NCBI GenBank assembly: GCA_023228325.1
Contig: JALOBK010000001.1
Span: 995,570-1,059,569 of the forward strand
Direction: 5' to 3'
Length of the DNA stretch: 64,000 nucleotides
From: a bacterium
Lineage (GTDB): Bacteria > Auribacterota > UBA6266
Positions 33,931 through 44,073 of this stretch are shown here, in pieces. A program made the position numbers and the translations under genes. Position 1 is the first letter of the stretch. Each line of letters starts with the position of its first letter. The notes under the pieces were generated by a model, which saw only the letters and a program-made list of their open reading frames with translations, ran no database searches and had not been told where the DNA came from.

Positions 33931-34134
33931 ATGAAAGCAAAGGAAATAAGAGAGTTAACGGAAGAAGAGATTGAGAAAAAACTGTCCGAATCGAAGCAGG
34001 AACTTTTTAATTTAGGGGTTCAGGCGAAGCTCGGCCAGATTGAGAAACCGGACAGGATTAAGCACCTGAGAAAAGATATAGCACGTATGCTTACCATAAA
34101 AGAAGAGATTACCGGAAAAAGTAAGGGGAATTAA
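33931..34134 (+). CDS. rpmC: 50S ribosomal protein L29
   Basis: Family similarity and position. Confidence 0.9.
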   Translation: MKAKEIRELTEEEIEKKLSESKQELFNLGVQAKLGQIEKPDRIKHLRKDIARMLTIKEEITGKSKGN

Positions 34135-34137
34135 TTA

Positions 34138-34416
34138 ATGAAAAAAAGCGTAGAAAGACCGCGTCGGAAAACAAGGATTGGCGAGGTAATCAGCGATAAA
34201 ATGGCAAAAACGGTTGTTGTAAAAGTTACAAGAGTCCTTCGTCATCCTGAGTATGAAAAGGTTATCAGGAAACATAAGAAATATTATGCCCACGATGAAA
34301 AGCAGGTGGCGAAAATCGGCGATACCGTAAAGATAATCGAGACTTCGCCCGTCAGCAAGCTGAAAAGATGGCGCGTTTCCGAAGTTTTAAAAAAAGCAGT
34401 TATTGAAGGGCAGTAA
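34138..34416 (+). CDS. rpsQ: 30S ribosomal protein S17
   Basis: Family similarity. Confidence 0.93.
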   Translation: MKKSVERPRRKTRIGEVISDKMAKTVVVKVTRVLRHPEYEKVIRKHKKYYAHDEKQVAKIGDTVKIIETSPVSKLKRWRVSEVLKKAVIEGQ

Positions 34417-34479
34417 TCCGGCCCGGTGCATATATAAGTATTAATGATTGTTTGATAATAAATTTGTGGAGTAAAAACT

Positions 34480-34848
34480 ATGATTCAGATGAATTCAATA
34501 TTAGATGTTGCGGATAATACAGGAGCAAAAAGGATCGGTTGCATTAAAGTTTTGGGCGGCTCCAAGCGCAGATACGCAAACATAGGGGATGTGATAGTAG
34601 CTTCCGTCAAGGAAGCCATTCCCGGCGCCGCCGTGAAAAAAGGAGAGATTATAAAAGCTGTTATTGTAAGGACGAGAAAAGGGGTTAAGCGCAATGACGG
34701 TTCGGTCCTCAGATTTGATTCAAATGCCGCGGTGATTATTGATGATCAGAAAAACCCGAGAGGGACAAGGATTTTCGGCCCTATCGCCAGGGAATTAAGA
34801 GAGAGAAATTATATGAAAATCGTTTCGTTAGCGCCTGAGGTGCTATAA
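34480..34848 (+). CDS. rplN: 50S ribosomal protein L14
   Basis: Family similarity. Confidence 0.96.
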   Translation: MIQMNSILDVADNTGAKRIGCIKVLGGSKRRYANIGDVIVASVKEAIPGAAVKKGEIIKAVIVRTRKGVKRNDGSVLRFDSNAAVIIDDQKNPRGTRIFGPIARELRERNYMKIVSLAPEVL

Positions 34849-34871
34849 AAATGGATATCAGGAGCAATCAA

Positions 34872-35198
34872 ATGGCTGGATTACATGTTAAGAAAAATGA
34901 TGTTGTGCAGATTATGTCGGGCGCGAACAGCGGCAAGACAGGGAAAGTATTGAGAATTTTGTGCGGAAGAGGACGGATAATTGTTGAAGGCTTGAATTTC
35001 AGGAAAAAACACACCAAGCCCTCGAGAGACAACCAGCAGGGCGGAATAGTGCAGAAGGAAGGGTCTATAAGCGCTTCCAATGTGCTGTTGTATTGCCCGT
35101 CCTGTAAGAAGGGCGTCAAAACTAAAAATGAAATAAGGAAAGACGGCACAAAAACACGGGTCTGTAAAAAATGCGGAGAAGTTTTCGATAAAGCATAA
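34872..35198 (+). CDS. rplX: 50S ribosomal protein L24, zinc-ribbon (C4) variant
   Basis: KOW motif (VKKNDVVQIMSGANSGKTGKV). C-terminal CPSC...x17...CKKC. GGAG RBS precedes the ATG at 34872; the ORF-track start at 34851 is the alternative. Confidence 0.9.
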   Translation: MAGLHVKKNDVVQIMSGANSGKTGKVLRILCGRGRIIVEGLNFRKKHTKPSRDNQQGGIVQKEGSISASNVLLYCPSCKKGVKTKNEIRKDGTKTRVCKKCGEVFDKA

Positions 35199-35210
35199 CG
35201 GAGATTAAGT

Positions 35211-35756
35211 ATGGCAAGGTTAAAAGAAAAGTATAAGAAAGAAATAGCACCTTATTTGAAAGAAAAGTTTGGGTATAAAAATATCCTCCAGGCGCCCAAA
35301 ATAGAAAAGATTGTAATCAATATGGGAATCGGAGAAGGGACAAAGGATAAGAAAGTGGTCCAGGACGCCGCCGCTGAACTGGCGCTTATCGCCGGGCAGA
35401 AACCCCTGCTTACAAAATCCAAAAAGAGCATAGCGGGCTTTAAGCTCAGGAAAGATATACCCATAGGATGCAAGGTTACGCTCAGGGGAAACATGATGTA
35501 TGAATTTATGGACAGACTTATAAGCATCGCTTTGCCGAGGGTGAGAGACTTCAGGGGGGTGCCTCTGGAATCGTTTGACGGCAAAGGCAATTATACATTC
35601 GGGATTCAGGAACAGTTGATATTCCCCGAGGTCAATCCCGATAAAGTTACAAGGGTGCAGGGAATGGATATAACTTTCGTAACTACGGCAAAAAAAGATG
35701 AAGAGGCTAAAGAATTGCTTTTGGCGTTTGGAATGCCCTTCAGCAAAGGCAAGTAA
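35211..35756 (+). CDS. rplE: 50S ribosomal protein L5
   Basis: Family similarity. Confidence 0.95.
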   Translation: MARLKEKYKKEIAPYLKEKFGYKNILQAPKIEKIVINMGIGEGTKDKKVVQDAAAELALIAGQKPLLTKSKKSIAGFKLRKDIPIGCKVTLRGNMMYEFMDRLISIALPRVRDFRGVPLESFDGKGNYTFGIQEQLIFPEVNPDKVTRVQGMDITFVTTAKKDEEAKELLLAFGMPFSKGK

Positions 35757-35772
35757 CCGAAGGAGAATTTCT

Positions 35773-35958
35773 GTGGCAAAGAAGTGTAAAATCGAAAGCG
35801 CAAAAAGAAAACCGAAATTCAAGGTCAGGCAACATTTTCGCTGCAGCCGCTGCGGGAGGCCGCGCGGTTACATGCGCAAATTTGGGATATGCAGAATCTG
35901 TTTCAGAGAACTTGCTGGGCAGGGTATTATACCCGGTGTTACAAAATCCAGCTGGTAA
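35773..35958 (+). CDS. rpsZ: 30S ribosomal protein S14, type Z (zinc-binding, 61 aa; GTG start)
   Basis: [46 protein letters not shown], with C-x2-C...C-x2-C. The ORF-track start at 35698 overlaps the rplE 3' end and is rejected. Confidence 0.9.
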   Translation: MAKKCKIESAKRKPKFKVRQHFRCSRCGRPRGYMRKFGICRICFRELAGQGIIPGVTKSSW

Positions 35959-35996
35959 CGCATTAATATTTTTGAGCAAGAATAAGGAGAGAATGT

Positions 35997-36395
35997 ATGG
36001 CTTTTAGCGATCCTATTGCCGATATGCTGACCCGCATCAGAAATGCGAGTAAAGCGCGGAAAGAAAGTGTAGATATGCCTGCTTCAAAACTTAAAGCAGA
36101 AGTAGCAAGGGTGATGAAAGAACAGGGGTTTGTAAAAACGTTTAAGGTTCTTGACGATAAAAAACAGGGAGTCATCCGTGTTTTCCTTAAATATACATCC
36201 GATAACAAGCCGGTTATCGTGGGACTTAAACGGATAAGCAAGCCGGGTTTGAGGAAATACAGCAGTATAGCGAAAATCCCGAAAGTTTATCAGGGCATCG
36301 GAATCGCGGTGCTTTCGACTTCGAAAGGGATCATGACGGACGGGGAAGCGAGAAAAGCAAACATCGGGGGAGAAGTCCTCTGTTATATTTGGTAA
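35997..36395 (+). CDS. rpsH: 30S ribosomal protein S8
   Basis: Family similarity. Confidence 0.95.
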   Translation: MAFSDPIADMLTRIRNASKARKESVDMPASKLKAEVARVMKEQGFVKTFKVLDDKKQGVIRVFLKYTSDNKPVIVGLKRISKPGLRKYSSIAKIPKVYQGIGIAVLSTSKGIMTDGEARKANIGGEVLCYIW

Positions 36396-36430
36396 AAGCT
36401 TAATACTGGTTAATAAAGAAGGAGAAACAG

Positions 36431-36964
36431 ATGTCGAGGGTAGGCAAAAAGCCGATAGAAATTCCGGGCGGTGTCAGCGTTGAAGTCAAAGGAAGACAGG
36501 TAATAGTTAAGGGAGCAAAAGCTTCTTTGACGCATAATATGCCCGCAGATATTGAAGCAAAGGTCGAAGATAAAAAGGTGCTGGTTACGAGAAAATCGGA
36601 TTCAAGACAGCACAGGGCTCTGCACGGACTTAGCCGGGCTGTCATAGCAAATATGATCCAGGGCGTGGTGCAGGGTTATAAAAAAGTTCTGGAAATAAGC
36701 GGAGTCGGCTACAGGGCAGCCCTCCAGGGCGGGAATTTAAATCTTCAGCTTGGTTTTTCGCATCCGATTAATTATAAAGCTCCCGACGGAGTGGAAGTGA
36801 AGGTGGAAAAAAATCTTATTACTGTTTCCGGGCCGGATAAACATATGGTCGGCCATGTTGCGGCGACTATAAGGGATTTTTCACCTGCGGAGCCTTACCA
36901 GGGCAAAGGCATCAAATACCAGGATGAGCACGTAAGAAGGAAAGCCGGCAAAACGGTAAAATAA
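36431..36964 (+). CDS. rplF: 50S ribosomal protein L6
   Basis: Family similarity. Confidence 0.95.
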   Translation: MSRVGKKPIEIPGGVSVEVKGRQVIVKGAKASLTHNMPADIEAKVEDKKVLVTRKSDSRQHRALHGLSRAVIANMIQGVVQGYKKVLEISGVGYRAALQGGNLNLQLGFSHPINYKAPDGVEVKVEKNLITVSGPDKHMVGHVAATIRDFSPAEPYQGKGIKYQDEHVRRKAGKTVK

Positions 36965-36993
36965 TATCTATCAGTATAAAAAGGAAATAGAGA

Positions 36994-37344
36994 ATGAAAG
37001 AAAAAACGGCTCAAAAAGAAAGAAGACATAAAAGAATAAGGAAAAAACTGATTGGCGTTCCGGATTGCCCGAGGCTTTGCATATTCAGAAGCTCTAAGAA
37101 TATATCGGCCCAGCTCATAGATGATACGGCAGGCGTGTCGATAGCCGGAGCAACGACCGCATCCAAAAATTTTGGAGGCAAAGGCGGCAGCGTAGAGGCT
37201 GCCAAAAAACTGGGGAAATTACTTGCCGGTATGGCAAAAGAGAAGAAAATTGAAAAAGTTGTTTTCGACAGGGCCGGATACAAATATCATGGCCGCGTCA
37301 AAGCTTTTAGTGAAGGTGCCCGCGAAGGCGGACTGAAGTTTTAA
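36994..37344 (+). CDS. rplR: 50S ribosomal protein L18
   Basis: Family similarity. Confidence 0.93.
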   Translation: MKEKTAQKERRHKRIRKKLIGVPDCPRLCIFRSSKNISAQLIDDTAGVSIAGATTASKNFGGKGGSVEAAKKLGKLLAGMAKEKKIEKVVFDRAGYKYHGRVKAFSEGAREGGLKF

Positions 37345-37357
37345 TCGGAGGAAACAA

Positions 37358-37870
37358 ATGGCTGAAAAGAATAAAGCAGGTTCTGGGAGAAGATTTGGAG
37401 AGGGAAATGAAAGTCCCTTCCACGAAAAAGTCGTTTATATAAACAGGACGGCAAAAGTTGTAAAAGGGGGACGCCGTTTCGGTTTCAGCGCGTTAGTTGT
37501 CGTGGGAGATGGGAACGGGCAGGTAGGCTGTGGATTGGGGAAAGCCAATGAAGTCGCGGAAGCCATAAAAAAAGGAATTGAAAAAGCGAAGAAAAGCATG
37601 AACCCCGTTTCTTTTTATAAGGATACCATACCCCACGAGATTATAGGCGTATTCAAAGGCGGTAAAGTGTTATTAAAACCCGCGGCCCCCGGAACAGGAG
37701 TTATTGCCGGTAACGCCGTGAGGGCTGTTATTGAATCTGCGGGCATTAAGGATGTATTAACGAAATCATTAGGTTCAAGCAATGCGATTAACGTTGTAAA
37801 AGCAACCCTTAAAGCGCTTTCTGCCTTGAGGGATATGAATGAAGTGAAAAGACAAAGAGGAGTTGAATGA
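37358..37870 (+). CDS. rpsE: 30S ribosomal protein S5
   Basis: Family similarity. Confidence 0.95.
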   Translation: MAEKNKAGSGRRFGEGNESPFHEKVVYINRTAKVVKGGRRFGFSALVVVGDGNGQVGCGLGKANEVAEAIKKGIEKAKKSMNPVSFYKDTIPHEIIGVFKGGKVLLKPAAPGTGVIAGNAVRAVIESAGIKDVLTKSLGSSNAINVVKATLKALSALRDMNEVKRQRGVE

Positions 37871-38319
37871 TGGGGCTTCAAAATCTTAAAAATAATCCCG
37901 GCGCCAGGAAAAAACCCGCAAGAAGGGGAAGAGGCAGCGGTTCCGGAACGGGCGGAACGGCAGGCAGGGGCCATAAAGGACAAAGGGCGAGGACAAGCGG
38001 GAATGTGCGCCCGGGTTTCGAAGGCGGGCAGATGCCGCTTACAAGAAGGATTCCCAAAAGGGGCTTCAATAATAAAAATTTCAAAATATTCTTTGAAGTT
38101 GTTAACCTGAGGCAGTTGGATGTATTTAGTGACGGAGCTTCGGTTTCTCCCGCTGAATTGCTTGAAAAAGGATTGATTAAAAAGAGTAATTCAAGAGTTA
38201 AGATTCTGGGGGATGGAGAAATAAAAAAATCGCTTAACATAAAAGCCCATGCTTTCAGCGGTTCCGCCGGGAAAAAAATCGAAGAATCAAAAGGGAAAAT
38301 AGAAATAATTAAAAAATAA
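37867..38319 (+). CDS. rplO: 50S ribosomal protein L15 (overlaps the rpsE stop; no rpmD/L30 between them)
   Basis: Family similarity. Confidence 0.94.
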   Translation: MMGLQNLKNNPGARKKPARRGRGSGSGTGGTAGRGHKGQRARTSGNVRPGFEGGQMPLTRRIPKRGFNNKNFKIFFEVVNLRQLDVFSDGASVSPAELLEKGLIKKSNSRVKILGDGEIKKSLNIKAHAFSGSAGKKIEESKGKIEIIKK

Positions 38320-38347
38320 TTCAGAATATGTAAGCCAGAGGTAGCCG

Positions 38348-39667
38348 ATGTTAGATGCGTTTAAAAATATTTTTAAAATACCCGAGCTGAGAAAAAGGAT
38401 ATTGTTTACGCTTGGGCTCCTTGCAATATGCAGGGTGGGGACTTATGTTCCCGTTCCGGGAATAAACGGGAAGCTGCTTGCAGATTGGTTTGCAAAACAG
38501 CAGGGAACCATTTTCGGGCTCATGGATCTGTTCAGCGGAGGTTCTCTTTCACAATGCACAGTCTTTGCACTGGGAATAATGCCCTATATCAGCGCCTCAA
38601 TCATTCTGCAGCTTCTTATTGCGGCTGTGCCTTATCTTGAAAAGCTTGCAAAAGAGGGCGAGCTCGGCAGAAAAAAACTTACACAGTATACGAGGTACGG
38701 GACAGTTGTGCTCGGGATGTTCCAGGGATTTATGATAAGCGGTATGCTTATTGCGCTGAATAACCAGCAGATACCCGGTATAGTAACGAATGCGGGACTT
38801 GGGTTCCGGCTTGTAACAATGATAACGCTGACCGCAGGAACGGCTTTCCTGATGTGGATAGGGGAACAAATAACGGAGCGCGGCATAGGAAACGGCATAT
38901 CTCTTATCATTACTATAGGCATTCTTTCAAGACTGCCGTCGGCTCTTTTCCTGGCTAAAGACCAGCTTATCAGCGGGCAGTTATCCGTTATTTCCATGCT
39001 TGTTCTTGTTGTCCTGATGGTGGGAGTCGTTGCCGGCGTTGTCGCTGTTTCTCAGGGGCAGAGAAAGATACCCGTACAATATGCGAAAAGGATTGTGGGA
39101 AGGAAAGTATATGGCGGGCAGGCAAGTTTTCTTCCTTTGAGAGTGGGCCAGGCGGGAGTTATACCGATAATTTTCGCGTCGAGTATTTTAATGTTTCCCC
39201 AGACGTTAGGGCAAATGACAAACATTAAATTTTTTACATGGATAAGCGCCTGGCTTTCATATGGCAGCACTTTCTATACATTTTTATATGCGCTGCTTAT
39301 CATTGCGTTTAGCTTTTTCTGGACAGCGATGCAGTTTAATCCTATCCAGATATCGGATGATCTTAAAAAGTACGGAGGTTTTGTCCCGGGCATAAGGCCC
39401 GGAAAACCGACTTCCGAATATCTGGAAAATGTAATGGTTAAAGTTACTTTTGTGGGAGCTTTAGCAATAACGCTGATTGCCATAATGCCCCAGATAATCG
39501 GTAAAATATTTAATGTGGATTTCAGGATATCGCAGTTTTTCGGCGGAACGGGGCTTTTGATTATTGTGGGCGTAATGCTTGATACTATGAGACAGGTGGA
39601 ATCGCATCTGATTATGAGGCATTATGAAGGTTTTGTGAAAAAAGGAAGATTGAAAGGCAGAATTTAG
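38348..39667 (+). CDS. secY: Preprotein translocase subunit SecY
   Basis: 10-TM SecY family pattern. Confidence 0.96.
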   Translation: MLDAFKNIFKIPELRKRILFTLGLLAICRVGTYVPVPGINGKLLADWFAKQQGTIFGLMDLFSGGSLSQCTVFALGIMPYISASIILQLLIAAVPYLEKLAKEGELGRKKLTQYTRYGTVVLGMFQGFMISGMLIALNNQQIPGIVTNAGLGFRLVTMITLTAGTAFLMWIGEQITERGIGNGISLIITIGILSRLPSALFLAKDQLISGQLSVISMLVLVVLMVGVVAGVVAVSQGQRKIPVQYAKRIVGRKVYGGQASFLPLRVGQAGVIPIIFASSILMFPQTLGQMTNIKFFTWISAWLSYGSTFYTFLYALLIIAFSFFWTAMQFNPIQISDDLKKYGGFVPGIRPGKPTSEYLENVMVKVTFVGALAITLIAIMPQIIGKIFNVDFRISQFFGGTGLLIIVGVMLDTMRQVESHLIMRHYEGFVKKGRLKGRI

Positions 39668-39669
39668 CT

Positions 39670-40317
39670 GTGAATATAATTTTATTAGGGGCGCCCGGCG
39701 CGGGGAAAGGGACTCATTCGGAAATGCTTACCGTGGATTTCGGGATTAAGCATATTTCCACCGGCGATTTGCTGAGAGAAGAATTAAAAAAGGCTTCTCC
39801 CGCGGGGCTTGAAGCCAAAAGCTATATGGATAAAGGAAGCCTGGTGCCTGACGCGGTTGTGATGAAGCTGCTGGTCGGGGCCGTAGAGGGGATTAAAAAT
39901 GAGCGGGGTTTTCTGCTTGACGGTTTTCCCAGAAATGAATCCCAGGCCGGGATGCTCGACAAAGAGCTTGTTTCCAGAAATATGAGTATCGACAAAGTCA
40001 TTTACCTTAATGTTTCGAAAGATGTGGTCATCAAAAGGCTTACGGGCAGAAGAATCTGCAAAAGCTGCGGGGCTGTTTATCATGTAGTTAATATGCATCC
40101 CAAAAAGGAAGGCATTTGCGATAAATGCGGCGGAATTCTATACCAGAGGTCCGATGATACGGAACAAACGGTCCTGCGCAGGCTTGAAGTGTACAGGAAA
40201 GAGACGGAAGGTCTTATCAATTATTATAAAGCCAGGAAAATTCTGGCGGAAGTTAACGCGGACTTGTCACGGGATGATACATATGCCCTGATCCTGCAGA
40301 GATTAGGGAAAAAATAA
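39670..40317 (+). CDS. adk: Adenylate kinase with zinc-binding LID (GTG start)
   Basis: P-loop GAPGAGKGT. LID motif CKSCG...CDKCGG. Confidence 0.95.
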   Translation: MNIILLGAPGAGKGTHSEMLTVDFGIKHISTGDLLREELKKASPAGLEAKSYMDKGSLVPDAVVMKLLVGAVEGIKNERGFLLDGFPRNESQAGMLDKELVSRNMSIDKVIYLNVSKDVVIKRLTGRRICKSCGAVYHVVNMHPKKEGICDKCGGILYQRSDDTEQTVLRRLEVYRKETEGLINYYKARKILAEVNADLSRDDTYALILQRLGKK

Positions 40318-40329
40318 CGCGAGTTTTTA

Positions 40330-41076
40330 ATGATAGTTATAAAAACCCCCGAACAAGTTGAAAAGATAAAGTACGGCGGAAAAATATTAGCCGAGCTCTT
40401 TGAAATTCTTAGGCAGAGGATAAAACCGGGGATAACGACAGGCGAACTGGATGTGATATCGGAAGAATTCCTTTTGAAACGCGGCGTCAGGCCGGCTTTC
40501 AAGGGTTATAAAGGATTTCCGGCGACATTGTGCGTTTCTGTCAATGAAGAAGTTGTGCACGGGATACCTTCTTCGAAGAAAATTCTTAATGAAGGGGATA
40601 TTGTCAGTGTTGATGTCGGGGCTATCTACGAAAGTTTTTATTCCGACGCCGCCCGCACGTACCCGGTCGGACACATCAGCGGGGAATTAGAGAAGCTTGT
40701 CAGGGTTACAAAAGAATCTCTGGATATTGCAATAAGCAGAGCTGTTGTGCAAAATAAGCTTTTTGATATTTCCAGTTCTGTCGAGCAATATGTTAAAAAA
40801 TACGGCTATACGGTTGTGAGGGATTTTGTAGGCCACGGTATAGGGCAGAAAATGCATGAAGACCCTCAAATCCCCAATTTCGGGATACCTGATACAGGTC
40901 CCGGGCTTGAAAAGGGAATGGTATTTGCGATTGAGCCGATGGTCAATATGGGTTCTTTTGAAGTTGAAGTGCTTAAAGATAACTGGACGGTAGTAACGAT
41001 TGACAGAAAACCCTCTGCTCATTTTGAGGATACAATTGTTATTACGGAAGGGAAACCCGAAATTCTTACAAGGTGA
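40330..41076 (+). CDS. map: Type I methionine aminopeptidase
   Basis: Family similarity with metal ligands D/D/H/E/E in place. Confidence 0.94.
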   Translation: MIVIKTPEQVEKIKYGGKILAELFEILRQRIKPGITTGELDVISEEFLLKRGVRPAFKGYKGFPATLCVSVNEEVVHGIPSSKKILNEGDIVSVDVGAIYESFYSDAARTYPVGHISGELEKLVRVTKESLDIAISRAVVQNKLFDISSSVEQYVKKYGYTVVRDFVGHGIGQKMHEDPQIPNFGIPDTGPGLEKGMVFAIEPMVNMGSFEVEVLKDNWTVVTIDRKPSAHFEDTIVITEGKPEILTR

Positions 41077-41088
41077 GAAGGTGCTGTT

Positions 41089-41307
41089 GTGACAAAAGAG
41101 GAATCGATTAAAGTTGACGGTGTTGTATCGGAAGTTTTGCCCAATACGATGTTCAGGGTAAAGCTTGCAAACGGGCATGCAATACTGGCCCATATTTCCG
41201 GTAAGATGAGGATGCATTTTATAAGGATACTTCCCGGGGACAGGGTTCAGGTTGAGATGTCCCCGTACGACCTTACTAAGGGAAGGATTACCTTCCGGCA
41301 GAAGTAA
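41089..41307 (+). CDS. infA: Translation initiation factor IF-1 (GTG start)
   Basis: S1-like OB fold ([21 protein letters not shown]). Confidence 0.93.
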   Translation: MTKEESIKVDGVVSEVLPNTMFRVKLANGHAILAHISGKMRMHFIRILPGDRVQVEMSPYDLTKGRITFRQK

Positions 41308-41368
41308 GATAACAGCGCTGTCTGAAGAATAACATTTTAATAAGCATAAAAAGACAGAGGATTGAGAT

Positions 41369-41482
41369 ATGAAAGTTAGATCGGCAGTTAAAAGACGTTG
41401 TGAAAAATGTAAAATTGTGCGCCGTAAAGGGGTTGTTCATGTAATATGCACAAACCCAAAACACAGGCAAAGACAGGGGTAG
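41369..41482 (+). CDS. rpmJ: 50S ribosomal protein L36 (37 aa); below the ORF-track cutoff
   Basis: Translated by hand: [37 protein letters not shown] (C-x2-C...C-x4-H). Confidence 0.88.
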   Translation: MKVRSAVKRRCEKCKIVRRKGVVHVICTNPKHRQRQG

Positions 41483-41488
41483 CGTGTC

Positions 41489-41524
41489 CTGTCTCATATA
41501 CTTGGTTTCCAAGCGCTGAGACAG
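41489..41524 (+). promoter_or_regulatory. Two-tier hairpin between rpmJ and rpsM (CTGTCTCA...cttgg ttt ccaag...TGAGACAG)
   Basis: 8-bp outer stem and 5-bp inner stem read from the sequence. Possible leader or processing structure of the alpha (rpsM) operon. Confidence 0.3.
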
Positions 41525-41553
41525 AAGTTAAAATTTTTTAGAAGGAGGAAGAT

Positions 41554-41937
41554 GTGCCAAGAATTGCAGGAGTTGATGTTCCCAAAGAAAAAAGAATAGT
41601 AATCGCCCTTACTTATATCTACGGTGTAGGGAAGGCAACGGCATCAAAGATATTGAGAGATGCCAGAATAGATGAAAGCAAAAGAGCAAAAGACCTTTCC
41701 GACGAGGAAGTAAGCAGGATAGCGGGTATTATCCAGGCGAGCGTCAGGGTTGAAGGTGATTTGCGGAGAGAAGTTGCCGCCAACATAAAAAGACTCATGG
41801 CCGTAGGGGCTTACAGGGGCTTGCGGCACAGGAAAGGACTTCCTGTGAGAGGGCAGAGAACAAGAACAAATGCCAGGACCAGAAAAGGCCCGAGAAAAAC
41901 CATTGCGGGAAAGAAGAAAACCGCGGCTCTTAAATAA
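41554..41937 (+). CDS. rpsM: 30S ribosomal protein S13 (GTG start)
   Basis: Starts [10 protein letters not shown]. Confidence 0.94.
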   Translation: MPRIAGVDVPKEKRIVIALTYIYGVGKATASKILRDARIDESKRAKDLSDEEVSRIAGIIQASVRVEGDLRREVAANIKRLMAVGAYRGLRHRKGLPVRGQRTRTNARTRKGPRKTIAGKKKTAALK

Positions 41938-41964
41938 TATTTGAAACTCTAAGGAGAAACAATT

Positions 41965-42372
41965 ATGGCGAAGATGTCAGGCAAAGGAAGTTCTAAAAAA
42001 GCGGCACCAAAAAAAGCGACCAGAAGCGTGCCTGCCGGAATTGCGCATATTCAGGCGACTTTTAATAATACAATAGTCTCCATCACCGATATGGGCGGGA
42101 AAGTGCTTTCCTGGGCAAGCGCGGGAAAAGTGGGTTTTGCGGGGTCAAGAAAAAGCACTGCTTTTGCGGCACAGGTTGTCGCCGAGCAGGCGGGGCAGAG
42201 AGCCCGGGATTTCGGTGTGAGAGAATTAGAGGTAAGGGTTAAGGGACCCGGAGCAGGCAGGGAATCTGCAATCAGGGCTCTTCAGGCAATCGGGTTCGAA
42301 ATTACGCTTATAAGGGATTTAACCCCCATACCTCATAACGGATGCAGGCCGCCCAAGAGAAGAAGGGTTTAA
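41965..42372 (+). CDS. rpsK: 30S ribosomal protein S11
   Basis: Family similarity. Confidence 0.95.
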   Translation: MAKMSGKGSSKKAAPKKATRSVPAGIAHIQATFNNTIVSITDMGGKVLSWASAGKVGFAGSRKSTAFAAQVVAEQAGQRARDFGVRELEVRVKGPGAGRESAIRALQAIGFEITLIRDLTPIPHNGCRPPKRRRV

Positions 42373-42415
42373 AGGGATATATGTTAGAAGCAAAAATCAG
42401 CAAGGAGATATTTTA

Positions 42416-43033
42416 ATGGGAAGGTACCTCGGTTCGAAACACAAAATATGCAGAAGAGTGGGAGAAGCATTGTGCGGTTCCGTAAAATGCCCCGTTCACA
42501 AAAGGAATTCACCTCCGGGCCAGCACGGATCTATGAAAAGGCAGAGAAAGTTATCCGAGTATGGGGTGATGATGCTTGAAAAACAGAAATTACGTTTCAT
42601 CTTCGGACTTCTGGAAAAACAATTCAGAAAATATTTCCAGAAGGCGGCCAGGATGAGCGGAAAAACAGGATATAACCTTCTTCTGCTGCTTGAAACAAGA
42701 TTGGATAACCTTGTTTACAGGGCGGGCTTTGCCCCCAGCATAGCAGCCGCCAGGCAGATGGTCCGTCACGGGCATTTTGTTGTGGACGGCAGGAAAGTTG
42801 ACATTCCTTCTTTCCAGGTAAAAGAAGGACAGACGGTTAAACTGAAAGAAAAAAGCCGCAGCAAACCGACCTTTGCCGCTTTTGCGGAAGAGAACAAAGA
42901 CAAACTTCCCGATATGTCTTATTTAGAGAGGAATCTGGGTTCTTTTGAATTTAAGATTAAACATATGCCAAAAAGGGAAGAAATCCCTGTTGCTATAAAT
43001 GAACAATTAATTGTTGAGCTTTATTCCAAGTAA
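42416..43033 (+). CDS. rpsD: 30S ribosomal protein S4
   Basis: Family similarity. Confidence 0.94.
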   Translation: MGRYLGSKHKICRRVGEALCGSVKCPVHKRNSPPGQHGSMKRQRKLSEYGVMMLEKQKLRFIFGLLEKQFRKYFQKAARMSGKTGYNLLLLLETRLDNLVYRAGFAPSIAAARQMVRHGHFVVDGRKVDIPSFQVKEGQTVKLKEKSRSKPTFAAFAEENKDKLPDMSYLERNLGSFEFKIKHMPKREEIPVAINEQLIVELYSK

Positions 43034-43061
43034 AGTTACATAAATTTTCACGGAGGCTAAA

Positions 43062-44054
43062 ATGTCAGTTAAGTTGGGAAGATTTGAGATGCCGAACAGG
43101 CTTAAAAAAGAAGAACAGTCTGCGACTAATTATTATGCGAAATTCATCGCAGAACCCTTTGAAAGGGGATATGGATATACCATAGGCAACTCCCTGAGAA
43201 GGGTGCTGTTGTCCTCTCTGGAAGGGATTGCCGTTACCGCTGTAAAGATTGAAGGGGTCGAGCATGAATTTTCAACAATGAAAGGTGTTATAGAAGACGT
43301 TGCGCAGATTTTGTTGAACATCAAGAAAATCCTGCTTGTTTCCGATTCGCGGGAACATAAAAAAATGTCGCTTAACGTATCAAAGGAAGGTGAAGTGAAA
43401 GCCGGCGATATCAAGACTGACGGCACAGTAACCGTGCTGAATTCCGATCTTCACATTGCCACACTTGAGAAAGGCGGCAAATTAGCTGTTGAAATGGATG
43501 TTGAAATCGGCAGGGGATACCGCCTTGCGGAAAATAACAAGAAAAAAGGACAGCCCATAGGATATATTCCGATGGATTCCATATTTTCTCCGGTTAAGAA
43601 GGTTAAATATTCAGTGGAGAATACAAGGGTGGGACAGATGACCGACTACGATAAGCTGATAGTTGAAATCTGGACGGACGGACGGCTGTTGCCCGAGGAA
43701 GCGTTAAAACAGTCATCCGCTATTCTCAGGGCGCATCTCGATGTCTTTGTGAACTATGATGATAATTATGTAGAGTTTGAAGAGGAAGACAAGACCGAAA
43801 AGAAAGAGGAAGAAGGCAATAAGAAAAAACTGAATATGCCTATCAGTGAAATAGAATTATCGGTAAGGTCTACCAACTGCCTGAGGAATGCCAGCATAAA
43901 CAGTATCGGAGAATTGGTCTCAATGACTGAAACAGAACTTCTCAAGCAGCGGAATTTCGGCAAAAAGTCACTTAATGAAATAAAGGCTGTTCTTAAAGAG
44001 CTCAACCTTTCTCTCGGCATGAAGACAGAAACAGAGCCCGAAGAACAGAAATAA
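43062..44054 (+). CDS. rpoA: DNA-directed RNA polymerase subunit alpha
   Basis: NTD plus CTD (SVRSTNCLRNASINSIGELV). Confidence 0.96.
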   Translation: MSVKLGRFEMPNRLKKEEQSATNYYAKFIAEPFERGYGYTIGNSLRRVLLSSLEGIAVTAVKIEGVEHEFSTMKGVIEDVAQILLNIKKILLVSDSREHKKMSLNVSKEGEVKAGDIKTDGTVTVLNSDLHIATLEKGGKLAVEMDVEIGRGYRLAENNKKKGQPIGYIPMDSIFSPVKKVKYSVENTRVGQMTDYDKLIVEIWTDGRLLPEEALKQSSAILRAHLDVFVNYDDNYVEFEEEDKTEKKEEEGNKKKLNMPISEIELSVRSTNCLRNASINSIGELVSMTETELLKQRNFGKKSLNEIKAVLKELNLSLGMKTETEPEEQK

Positions 44055-44073
44055 ATGTATAGGAGCGGAAATT

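Noticed and set aside
35698-35772. Upstream ATG start for the S14 gene (86-aa version)
   Set aside because: It overlaps the 3' end of rplE. The 61-aa GTG-initiated product matches type-Z S14 exactly in length and has an RBS (AAGGAG).
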